A stretch of DNA of 64,000 bases from Lama glama. Taxonomy: Eukaryota. Position 1 is the first letter of the stretch. Every line of letters begins with the position of its first letter. This document shows positions 38,531 to 50,200 of the stretch, piece after piece. Made by a program: the position numbers and the translations under genes. The notes under the pieces were generated by a model. It saw only the letters and a list, made by a program, of their open reading frames with translations, did no database searches and was not told the origin of the DNA. The stretch covers positions 27,840,001 through 27,904,000 of the forward strand of contig CM052816.1 in assembly GCA_028534125.1 (NCBI GenBank), given 5' to 3'.

Positions 38531-40194
38531 ATTCCTTTTGAAGCATATGCTTCTCTTGCTGTTGTACTGAATCTTGTGCTTGGAAGACAGCTCTTCCCGG
38601 AGGATGCACTATTTTTGTCTTGTGAATCTTTTCAACAGTTGAATGGTTAAGATGATTAGTGCATAACTAATATAAATCCTTCCACCAACCTTCACTTATA
38701 TTCGTAGTCATTTTAGTAGACTGATGGGTGAAGGGAGAATTTGAGTATTTAAAAATCTATCTTGTCTGGGAAATACTGGCACAAACAGCTGCTATACTCT
38801 AATTAGGCTTTAATCCCGTTTATTTCCAAAAGTGAAAATAATCAGCTTGTCTATGTGAATTTCTCTAAAATATTATTTTTCTTAACAAACGTGTAAAACT
38901 TCATAAAAAGAATAGGACTAAAAATGTTAGCGTAGATTGTGGGAACTCAACACACTCAAAATTAATTTCAGTTAGTCATTTGTTAATTTTTCTAAAACTC
39001 CATTTTCAAGGGATACAGGGAGAGTGTATTACTATTACTATCAATACTTGATATCTGTCCATTCGTTTCATATACTATTTGAATCACAAAGAAAATTTTG
39101 GTAGTCCTATAAATTCTTCATGGAGTTTAGTCAGGTAATATACTTATCATGTTCATTCATCTTCCTGTAGAAGTGTAAAATTTACATTAGATTGATCATT
39201 TCAGAATTTTTGTCAATAGACATAATTTTTCAAAAATAATGCTAGCCCATTGTGGCTAGATTTTTATAAATAAATGTAAACAACATCTGTGCATAATGAA
39301 AGGAAATATTAACAGCTTAGAATTTGAAAATACTACAGTCAATTAAGAACAAACACAGTGTTATATTTAAAAACAATAACGAAGTGAATAATAAGTACTT
39401 TATTTGCTGATAATGGAATAATGTTGAATATAAGCATTTATATAATCGGTGATTAATTTTCAAGTGCCTACTTAGAAGAATTAAGAAAATTCAGTTAATA
39501 GTTAATTAAGAATTAAAGGGTTGTTTTTAATACTGCACGTCAACACAACTGTCTCACTCAAATTTCAGTGTCTAATTTCAGTGTCTATCAACCAGGCAGT
39601 CTGTGTATGACAGATAAACCCAAGCAATCACTTTGCCATAAGCAGTTTTATATTTTCAGACATTCTGTGGGCATCGTCTGCTTTTGATAGACAGCCATCA
39701 TCCTCCATAATCACCCACACATGGTTGAGGAATAAAGCAGTAGCACTAGGTTCTTATTACAAATTGAAATAAGGAATTCCAGATGAACCACTAAATTAAA
39801 AGAAGAAAATGGGGGAAAGGTTATATGGACATTTGCCCACTACTAGATTTCTTTCCACACTGGCTATTATTCTTATAATAGCAGTTTTCTAAAATGGTTT
39901 ATTTGGGTATGTTTTCTCTGAGTCATAAGTTACCTACAATAGGGTATTTCATATTTTCTTTGTGGAAACTTACACCTCCTATTTGTTGCCTTTAATTTAC
40001 CAGTGGAAACTTCTAAATCTATTTTGTTATATGATAAATGCTACAACTTTAACAGGCTTTATAGCTGAGGACCATCAATATAAAAATACCTGCTTTCATA
40101 TCAGAGAATGTGATAACAGGGATATATTTTTTAAGTCAGTTAGCTGGTTAGAAATGGAAGGCAGTACTCAAAAATAGCATACATAGTTTATTCT

Positions 40195-40365
40195 AGGTTT
40201 GAATTTTGGTTAATTGAGTTAGAAAAATGATTCAGTACCCCTTAGCTGGATGAATGTGGGCTAAACATAGATTTTCAGAGCATTTATAAAGTGAGGATAA
40301 TAGTCACCTCCCTTTTGTGCATCCACTAAGATTACTATGTGGATAAAAACTTGCAATGAACATTT
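40195..40365 (+). mobile_element. MIR fragment
   Basis: CTAGGTTTGAATTTTGG..CTTAGCTGGATGAATGTGGGC..TATAAAGTGAGGATAATAGTCACCTC. Confidence 0.55.
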
Positions 40366-41319
40366 TTTATGAAGCTATTCCTCATACTCCTGGCATTGTT
40401 TTCCTTTGTTTACATTTATCTATGGAAGACCTTGTCTTCTACTTTGAATTATAGTTACTTATATAGTCGCTTTACTCCAATATCAATATTGAATTTTAAG
40501 CCCTTTGAGTGTGGAAACTGTGTATTACTTGTATCTTCAACAATAATAAACAGAGTATCTCCTGTCCAACAATGATGATAAAAATACCTTATATATCACT
40601 TTAGAGTGTATTCACATCCATTCATCAATTTATTAGAAGGAAATCAACTCATATACACACATGCATGCACACATATATCTATCTGAGATAAGAATTTTGA
40701 GCTGTGACTTGATGTTAAACCATCAGGAAAATTGAAAGCTGAATTCATTCATCTTCAAGCATGCAGGACCAGAGGCAAGCTTGGAGATTAATTTTACCAA
40801 GAGAGGACTATGACATCTGGGGTAACTTAGATAATTGTATTTTTCTTGCTTAATAAGAATAATAATGTGCTTATTTTTTTGTTTCATCTAAAAATGATAA
40901 GAATGTTTGATGGTGAGATGTGTAATGACTGAAATGAGCAGGAAGGGTGAGAGTGAGATTTTAGTCCTCTTTTTCAATGAAGTCAGATATTGCATTGTTT
41001 CCCAAGGCAGAGTGGAAAGAAACAAAAATAAAAACGAAAACCAAGAATGTTTGCACTGAGAGAATAGGTTGACTATTGGGTATGGCTGCATCCAGGGCTA
41101 TTCATTACATTAATTGAAAATTATGACTTGTGGAAAGAAAAGAAACAGGAGACAGTATTCACTTTTTCTAAATTCTGACCACTGTGCTAGAAGATCTGTG
41201 CTTACATACCAACTCAGAACAGACATCCCCCAGATTATTCCTGATAATTCTCCGATTGTTTACCTTTAAAGAGACAGAGCCCTTCTACTTCCATAATGTT
41301 TATAAGAAACACATTTAAA

Positions 41320-41720
41320 TATATAGTTTGGTTAAAAATAAAAGACTGGAAAAATATATCACAAGCACATGCTAATGATATAATTCAGGACAAAGATCAG
41401 TAGTAAGGAGGGGGCATTTTACAATGACGGAAGAGTCAATTCATCAAGATGATATATCAAAAATGTGTATTCACTTAAAAATAGAACTTCAAAATATAGA
41501 AGGCAAAATTTGACAAAACTGGAAAAAGAACAGATATATTCATGATCATAGTTGGTGATGTCAACAGTCTTCTTTTAGTAATTGAGAAGTAATCAGAAAA
41601 ACTGTAAAGACATAAAAGACTAACAATAGCATTAACTGACTTGACATTCACAAAACATTACATCCAATAACTACAGAAAATGTGCTTTGCAAGTGCACGT
41701 GGGGCATCCACCAAGACAGT
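41320..41720 (+). mobile_element. Old L1 ORF2 endonuclease-region fragment
   Basis: GTCAATTCATCAAGATGATAT, CATAGTTGGTGATGTCAACA (degenerate IVGDFN), CAAGTGCACGTGGGGCATCCACCAAGA. Confidence 0.75.
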
Positions 41721-41744
41721 AGTTATTATAGATAGTAGTTCCAT

Positions 41745-41850
41745 TGTAGTTTGGAAGGTCCCTTATCCTACTTTCAGGTTCAATGATTTGCTAGAAAGAT
41801 TCACAGAGCTCAGAAAAGCCATTAAACTAACAGTAAAGTTTATTACTGAA
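41745..41850 (-). mobile_element. MER21/MER77-like LTR end fragment
   Basis: AGGTTCAATGATTTGCTAGAAAGATTCACAGAGCTCAGAAAAGC is the reverse of the motif at ~38280-38330. Confidence 0.65.
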
Positions 41851-43320
41851 GTAATAGGCTTATATAATATCCAAAGTTCTTGAAGTAAATCAACATCAAT
41901 GACCCAGAGCCCTTCAAACAAGTGTGGTAGACACTTCACTAATAGACACCCATTTCTGAGACCGCTCTTAGACTTTACCTTCTGTAGGCAGTAAGCATTT
42001 TCTCAGTCTTACCTAACCCTATGACTAAACTAAGTAGATCATCTGACATTATTAAAGATGAAACTAATTGCTGAAAAGCAATTGTTACGGGCAAAACAAA
42101 TTTAAAATTGTGTTTCCTAAGAAATGTTTTAAGGTTCTAGCATGCATCTGTGGACTGTTTCAGGGTACCCTGCCTGCTGCAACCATCTAACTCTGAGTGT
42201 AAGCATCATTATTAATTCTGTAGATGCTCCTTACAATTAAAAAAAAAAAACTGTTACCTGGGATCCATCCACTTCTCCTGGATGTTCTTGCCTGACACCG
42301 AAGGAAAAGCCCAGGAATAATGAGACAGAATAAGGGCCTGGGGAAAACAAATACATTGCTTTAGATTAACTGTCCCCTATTGGTACACTTCATTATTAGT
42401 TTAGAAACCCTGAATAGTTTCTCATTCCACAGAAGGAAAAGTTCTACCAGGCTTCAATTAAAATATTTTAAGGCCTTGAGATTTATCTCCCTTCACCAGA
42501 GGACATAACACCTGCAATTTTTAGGCACATATAAACCTTAGTGCTCAATTTTGCAGTTTCAAAAAAGGCGGACCTCTCACTGAAATTTTTTAAAACCGAA
42601 CTGCAAGTGTATTAAAATATAAGGTATAAAAATGAAAAGATTTTTTATGTTTTAAACAGGAAATAGGGAAGAAATTGAATGTTTCTTTGGTCTCAAATGT
42701 TACAATGGGACCTTTCCTAAGTTCTTCCAATGGACATGCATTTCCTCTACAATAGCCAACTTTGATTTTAGATATTAGTAACAAAGTAACTAACATAGTT
42801 GAAAACTGGAAAATGATTTTGATAATCAAAATCATTTGAAAGATAGTTAAACTATATTCTATCAAAATTTTAATTTCCAGTGGCTTTACAAGTTCTCAGA
42901 ATTCTCTACATACTCCAAGGACTTATTTCCTGTTTTAAAAATGTGGCAGTGGATTCCAGTTGGGATTATATAGTGATACAAGCAAATTCTTCCGTCAAAA
43001 ATGATTTTGGAACTCACTCATTGCTTGAAAAAATTTATACCAGTGATCCAGTCATGACAAGTCATGTATCTGGTGCTTTGTGTGTAACAGTCTTGGTAAT
43101 ACATAGATTAAAACAAAAAGTCCTTTCCATAACTTTCTCTCCTCACCTACCCTGTTATTGCTCATCCCTTCTCTTTTCTCTGTTTAGCACAACTCTTTTC
43201 AAAAGATGGGCTTCTATTTTTAAGAGTGATTTTTCCCCCCTTTTTACTAAGTATCTCCCCTAGGCTGGCCTTAATTTCATTTAATCAATGCAATTGTTTT
43301 GCTCTTTACTACTGCTGTTT

Positions 43321-44053
43321 GATTGATTGATTGATTGATAAGCTTTTTTTTGAGTTATAGTCATTTTACAATGTGTCAAATTCCAGTGTAGAGCACAATT
43401 TTTCAGTTATATATGAACATACATATATTCATTGTCACTTTTTTTTGCTATGAGCTACCACAAGATCTTGTATATATTTCCCTGTGCTATACAGTATAAT
43501 ATTACTTATCTAGTCTACATATGCCTGTCAGTATCTACAAATTTTGAACTTCCATTCTGTCCCTTCCCACCATCTGCCCCCTTGGCAACCACAAGTTTGT
43601 ATTCTATGTCTATGAATCTGCTTCTGTTTTGTATTTGTTTTGTTTTTTTTTTTTTTTTTAGATTCCACATATGAGTGATTTCATATGGTATTTCTCTCTC
43701 TCTCTCTGGCTTGCTTCACTTAGAATGACACTCTCCAAGAACATCCATGTTGCTGCAAATGGTGTTATGTTGTCGGTTTTTATGTCTGAATAGTATTCCA
43801 TTGTATAAATATACCACCTCTTCTTTATCCAGTCATCTGTCAGTGGTCATTTAGGCTGTTTCTGTGTCTTAGCTATTGTAAATAGTGCTGCTATGAACAT
43901 TGGGGTGTGGGTGTCTTTTTGAAGTAGGGTTCCTTCTGGATATATGCCCAGGAGCGGGATTCCTGGGTCATATGGCAAGTCTATTCCCAGTCTTTTGAGG
44001 AATCTCCATATTGTTTTCCACAGTGGCTGCGCCAAACTGCATTCCCACCAGCA
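43321..44053 (-). mobile_element. Young 5'-truncated L1 (camelid-type 3'UTR) with ORF2 C-terminal remnant
   Basis: ORF 43847-44035 gives [43 protein letters not shown] (L1 ORF2p C-terminus); TSD TACTACT(G/A)CTGTTT at 43307-43320 and 44054-44067. Confidence 0.95.
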
Positions 44054-45927
44054 TACTACTACTGTTTTAATTTTGCACGAATGAACATTAAGACCATGTC
44101 ATGACTGTACCTTTTTATATTTGTTACTTGAAAATGCACTCACAGTAATTGCTTTTGTGACAAGTATAGGTGACAACCACAGCAGTTCCCAGAAACAAGA
44201 TGTTAGTTCAAAGAAATTCATATTAAATTCTGAAAAATATTTATTTTATGCATGTACCAGAAAATAAGTTCCACAAATATAAATGGAGCAAAATATGTTA
44301 CAACCACCAGTTTTACTATACTTTTAAGGATGTGTGGATTTTCTTTATCTTTATTAAAATTATTTCAATTTTTTTCTATATATTCACTATTTCCACTTAG
44401 TTTTTAAAGACCTTTTTTCAATTAAATTGCTGTTGTTTCAGGGTTAGCATCAACGGGTTATACAACTTTGTTTTCAAAAAAGTGCTTTATAAAATCAAAT
44501 ACCATCTTATATTTTTATGATCCATAAAAATACTAAAATAACATGTATCCATCTCGTTCTCATTCCTCTATAACTGACAATTGATAATTTTGGTATTCAT
44601 TTGGGTTTAAAATTTTAGTGATATAGAATGACTTTCATTTTCCTACTTGTTAGAAAACACTGTGTGAAAATACGTGACTAGGTGATCCAGTTATTTTCCA
44701 AACAGATGTTATTATTATAATCTTATATTTTAACCAGAAATTACATACACACATCAACAAAATAATGAGCTCTTCCATTCTACAGTTTGTTTTCACCAAA
44801 GTTGCTAGGTGATCGTATCATGTTGCATTCCTATCAAACTCATCCTATGGTGAATGAATATTTATTAAATTTCTATTCTACATTTGTTCTGACTTAAAAT
44901 AATCTCTTCACTTGAATAAAGTATGGGGAAATAGGCCATTTTTTAACTCACTCTCCTCCCCAAGTCAACCAAAATCACCACCAACAAAAGGCAGAATAGA
45001 TTAAAACACAAACTCCTCTGTGAAAATACAGCCTTAAAGGAGCATGATGTATGAAGACACTGATAATCATAGTGATCTTCAGACAACACTAAGTGAGGAT
45101 ATTTGGCAGTAATCCATACCATGGAGAGTTTTAGTCATGAAAGAGTAAAGAACTGTCCCGACTGGAAAAGAGAAAAAGCAATTTGGACTGAAAAGAAGGA
45201 AAGCAGTTTCATAATTTGTCTGGGGGGACAGACACAGATAAAGCCAGCTGCAAAGTTAACAGGAAACATTTTTTTGTTCCTAAAAGTAAGATGTGTTGCA
45301 GCTGGAGAATGCTAAAACAATCCCCTCTTTGAGTGATGACTGCTTTATTATCAGTGATGGCCCCAGACCTACGTACGTTTCTATACCCATCTAACACTGG
45401 GGGTACCCAATTGCTAATCTACCCCCACTACACGATAATATTCAATCCTTAGTTTATCCCCAGTTCTCGTAATCTCAGCTAGAAAATAGCAGCCAACCCC
45501 AAACTGATCTCTACCTCTTTCTCTTAGACTCTCCCCTAAATTATTCAGAATGTATCCTGGTCTAAGTAAGGGTCTTCCTTTTCTCGCAGTGGTTCCTCTG
45601 GAATGTTGCCTCTTTCTGCATCAAGCCATGCAGAAAGTGATACTGAGAATCAATATATGAATATAAATCCTGAGAAGAAAGCCAATCGGTAATTCTCTCT
45701 TGTTCAATGAAAGAAAAATATGAACAAAGTCCAGGGGGGAAAAAAAAGAATTTTGTCTCGAGCAAGGAGGAAGACTCCTAAGTTATAGTACCTACATATC
45801 CTTACTGGAGGTGAAAAAATAAAGAGAAAGGAAAGAAAAAACTTGATTACAAAATCACTTATACAGATTACTTAGCAAGATGGCTGGAATGTTGGGCTTA
45901 CTTGGGATTCTGGGATGGCTTGGTCTC

Positions 45928-46380
45928 AGTTATGGGTTGACTGTGTTCCTCTAAAATACATGTTTAAGTCATAACCCCTGGTACCTGGGAATGTAATGTT
46001 GTTTGTGAATAGGGTATTTGCAGATGAAATCAATTAACATGAGACCATTAGGATGAGCCCTAACTCAATACGACTGGCATCCTGATAAGTAGAGAGAAAT
46101 TTGGATGCAGAGACTCAGGGAAAGCACCATGCGACGACAAAGCAGAAACTGTAGTGACACAGCTGCAAGCCAAGGAACAACAAGGCTTGTGGCCAACATG
46201 AGAGGCTAGAAAGGGGGCATGAAAGGGTTCTATCCAGAGTTTCAGAAGGAGCAAGCATGGCTCTGTTGACATCATGATTTCGAACTGCTAGCCTGGAAGA
46301 CTGCAAGAGAATACATTACTGTTGTTTTCAGACACCCAGTTTGTGGTGCTTTCTTATGACAACCCTGGGAACCTAATAAA
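45928..46380 (+). mobile_element. MaLR LTR, MLT1B/C-like
   Basis: GTTATGGGTTGACTGTGT..GCAAGCCAAGGAA..CACCCAGTTTGTGGTGCTTT..GGAACCTAATA. Confidence 0.88.
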
Positions 46381-46532
46381 GATTTTGGTACTAGAAAGTG
46401 GGGTGCTGCTGTCAGAAATAACTAGAAATGTGGAAGTGGCTTTGAATTAGGTGATGGGTAGAGACTGGAGTATTTTGAGCACTTGATAGTAAAGACCTAG
46501 ATATTCCTGAAGAAACTTTTGGTAGAAATATG
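46381..46532 (+). mobile_element. Start of the MLT1 internal sequence
   Basis: GATTTTGGTACTAGAAAGTGGGGTGCTGCTGT..AAATGTGGAAGTGGCTTTGAA directly follows the LTR. Confidence 0.8.
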
Positions 46533-47190
46533 TGTGATAAGGGGTTAGTATCCAAAATATAGAAATAACTGATACAACTCAATAGCAAAAAAAAACCCCA
46601 TAAAAACCAATTTGATTAAAAAATAAGCAGAATTTGAATAGACATTTTTTCAAAGAATATATACAGACAGGCAACACGTACAGAAGAAAAGGTGTTCAAC
46701 ATCAACAATCATCAGTGAAATGCAAATCAGAACCACGATGAGGTAGTATCACCTCACATCTGTTAGAATGGCTATTATTAAAAAAAAAAATGTTGGTGAG
46801 GATGTGGAGGGATATGGATATTTGTGCCCGTTGGTGGGAATGTAAACTGGTGTAGCCGCTAAGGAAAACAGTATGGAGGTTCCTCAAAAAACTGAAAATA
46901 GAATTACCATGTGGTCCAGCAATTCCAATTCTGGGTATTTATCCAAATAAAACAAAAACAAAATGGGATGTAATGTATAGAATGGTGACTATAGCTATTA
47001 ATACTGTATTGTATATTTGAAAGTTGCTAAGAAAGTAAATCTTTAAAGTTCTCATTATACACAAAAAAATTCTAACTGGTGATAGATATTAACTAGACTT
47101 ATTGTGGTAATCATATTGCAATATATACAAATGAGGAATTAATACATTGTACAGCTGAAACTGTTATATGTCAATTACATCTCAATTTAA
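46533..47190 (+). mobile_element. L1 (L1MA-type) 3' ORF2 and 3'UTR with an internal deletion
   Basis: GATAAGGGGTTAGTATCCAAAATAT..GTATGGAGGTTCCTCAAAAA..TTATATGTCAATTACATCTCAAT. Confidence 0.88.
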
Positions 47191-47204
47191 AGAACAACTA
47201 GAAA

Positions 47205-47345
47205 TAGCAAAGTTGCTCACCATAATAAATGTCATATATGACAAGCCACAAATAACATTATACTTAACGGTGAAAAAGTGAAAGCTCTAAGATTAGGAAC
47301 AAGGCAAATATGCCCACTCTCACCATTTCTAGTCAACATAGAACC
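47205..47345 (+). mobile_element. L1 ORF2 fragment
   Basis: ATATATGACAAGCCACA..GGAACAAGGCAA..TGCCCACTCTCACCA. Confidence 0.8.
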
Positions 47346-47416
47346 AGCTCTAATGATAGTGTAAGTTTTCTACCAATTAAGTAAGCTTTTTCCAGAATTC
47401 TTATTAGCACCTAAAA

Positions 47417-47583
47417 CAGTGATTTTCTAGGTGTGGTTTCATGATTGTCAGTACTGGTTTCCTCTGAGAACTTGTTACAACTGTAAATTCTTCTGCTTCA
47501 CCCCAGATTAGCTGAATCAGAACACTTGTGTTTAACAAGCCCTTCAAGTGAACTGATTTCACACTGACATTTAAGAACAACTG
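47417..47583. mobile_element. hAT-Charlie MER5A-like
   Basis: CAGTGATTTTCT..CTGAATCAGAA..TTTAACAAGCCCTTCAAGTGA..TTAAGAACAACTG. Confidence 0.78.
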
Positions 47584-47687
47584 TTTTGTACCTAGCAAGC
47601 ACCAATGCAGGAGTACAAATGCAGGAATAGAGGGAGTTAACTAAGATGTGTCAGCATGAAAGATTCTATGTCTTTTTAAGGATAAAG

Positions 47688-48023
47688 TGTAGGGAAAGTG
47701 GAGTTGCCAGGCTCCCTCACCAGCCCTCTAATGCCCAGCGACTCAGCTGTGTGACCCGCATGCGCAGTACCCTGTAGTGTTATATAAGCATGGCTTGCTC
47801 CCCGCAGGCGCACTGGTTAGCTCCTATCATAGCTGGCTAGATGGGGCTTCGTTCGCCTTGATACCTCAGGGAGCCGGGACTTACCATGGCCACAGGCGCC
47901 ACTGAAGCCTGTGTACTCCTCTGCAATAAAGGCATGTCAGCGACATCTGCGGTTTGGAGATTATTCTTGGGTCTGTCCAAATCCGTGAACCTGCCAGGCC
48001 TTGAGCACCTGCAATACATAAGA
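47688..48023 (+). mobile_element. Solo LTR, probably ERVL class, with retained CpGs
   Basis: Starts TG; TATATAA at 47781; AATAAA at 47925; 5-bp TSD TAAAG at 47683-47687 and 48024-48028. Confidence 0.75.
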
Positions 48024-48529
48024 TAAAGGGGGAAAGGGAGTGGAAACAAGGATTGGTGAAGTACAGGATCCAATAATTCAATCAACTGTCAGATTCCTGA
48101 GGGCAAACCCCAAGGATCTGTTGTTGAATCTGTTATCCATGGAGCTTGGAACAATGTTGGCACAGGGAAAACTCCCCAAAATATTAAATAAATGAAGGCA
48201 AACTTCATTGCAGATAATGTGGGTTGTTCATGTATTTTAAATACTTTTTTTTTTTTTTTTTTTTTTTTAGAAAATGGTCCCGGTCTCTGGCTGTGCAGCA
48301 GAGGGAGGACCAGAATGGATACTCTCACGGAAGAGAACAGAGAAGGAGCTGTGATTCAGGTATGCCATTTTCTTTGAAGTTCATTGACAGAATGCATCAC
48401 TTATCACCCTGGAAACGAGCTAGAGAAGGTATGGATGACACTAAGATTTTTACTTTAATGCAATTATTAAAACAGTAATATTCAAAATCCTGTGATAAAT
48501 GTTTCCTAATTGTTGGATTAAAATTGCCT

Positions 48530-50200
48530 TTAAAGGCGGTTTGAAGTTTAATTGACATGCAGTATTTTAAGTTTTGTCGTATTTAAACACCTGTGAAACA
48601 ATCACCACAGTTAAGATAATTAAATACCACACCCCCAAAGTTTTTTTTTGTGCCCTTTAATAATCACTTTCTCTAAACTAATCCATCTCTGCACTTCCCC
48701 ATGCACGGACAACTACTGATATGTGTTCTGTCACTATAGATAGAATTTCTAGAACTCTATGTAAATGGAATCATAGAGTATGTGGTTTCTTTGGTTTGTT
48801 TCACTACTTTGTCTCATAATTTTGTGATTCATCGATACTGTCTTGTGCTTCATAGCCAATTCCTTTTCATGGGAATGTAGTATTTCACTGTATGAAGTAC
48901 CAGAATTTGTCCTTTTACCCTTATTGGACATTTGGATTATTTCTAGTTTTTGGCATTTATACACAGAGATGCTATAAGTATTCATAAACAAGTCTTTGTG
49001 TAAAGAAATACTTTTATTTCTCCTGTGTAATTACCTTAATGTGGAATCGCTAGATATACATCTGTTGTATGTTTCACTTTTTAAGAAACTGCCAAAATAT
49101 TTTACAACGTGGTTTCACCATTTTTTATTCCACAATGTGTGTGAGTTCCTTCAAATTCCCGTTAACACTTAGTATGAGCATCCTCACAGGTGCATATTAT
49201 TATCTCATTGTAGTTTAATTCACATTTCCTTAATTACTAATTACGTGGAGCATCGTTTCATTGGGGTGTTTGTGATGCGGTATCTACTTTGGTGAAATGT
49301 GGGTTTAAATAGTTTGTCCACTTTTAATTTGCATTATTGTGTTTTGAGAGTTCTTAGATATTCTAGACAGAAGTCCTTTATCATATATAGAACTTCCAAT
49401 TGGTTTTCACAGTCTTTATCTTGTTTTTCATTTTGTAGCCATGTGTTTTGAAGGAGTTCTTAATTTTGATGAAGTTCAATTTATAAATTCTGCTAGTTTT
49501 ACTTGATCTTTTCCCTCTTCATTGGCCATAGTTTGATGCTTCTTTGTACATGTGGGAATATTTTTATTGGATGCCGAACTGTGGATTTTACCTTTGTTAG
49601 GTGCTGGGTATTTTTTATTCCTATAAATATATTTGGGCTCTGTTGGGGGATGCAGTTAAGTTCCCTGGAAACACTTTGTTCCTTTTCGGTTTTGCTTAAA
49701 TTTTGTTACGCGTTGTTAGGGCAGTGGTTCATTTAGGGCTTATTTTATTTCAATTTTGAAGCAAAGCTTCTGAGTTTTCACTTACATTCCTGAATTAGGA
49801 GTTTTTCCACAGAAACCAGGGATTTTGCTCCTTGAATACTTTTAGGTAGTTCTTTCCTGGATGTTAGGTAATCTCACAGTGTGTGTGCTGATCCTGTGTA
49901 GGTTTTGAGAGTACTCTCTGTTCGCATCTTTTTTTGTGTTTGGAGCTCTACCAATAAATTCTACTGCTTGGCCTCCTTATAGACAGACCTGCCTAACTGA
50001 GGGAGACTACTGGGCTGTGCCTTTTCCCTGTATGATTTCTTCTTCCCTACACTGTGACCATTGATACACTCTTCTGGCAATAAGCTTCATTTGTTTAGCA
50101 TTTCTCTGGAATCACTTATGTCGTGTATTTTGAAAACCATTGTTTAATATATCTTTCTTTCTTTCTTTATGTTTTTTAGGCAAAAGGGTATATATAATCA
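48530..50200 (-). mobile_element. Old L1 (L1MC/MD/ME-like) fragments, antisense
   Basis: ACACCTGTGAAACAATCACCAC..TTTAAGAAACTGCCAAA..TTTTGATGAAGTTCAATTTAT; a more degenerate piece follows after ~49500. Confidence 0.75.

Noticed and set aside
38244..38609. 121-aa ORF sharing LLEQFTELRKA / LLERFTELRKA with ORF 41680-41883
   Set aside because: The similarity comes from related MER21-type LTR sequence, not from a protein family.
39561..39586. 13-bp direct repeat AATTTCAGTGTCT x2
   Set aside because: An ordinary slippage duplication; not an array.
42880..43263. 127-aa ORF and the other short ORFs in unique DNA
   Set aside because: No recognisable domains, many non-ATG starts, and composition typical of random AT-rich DNA.
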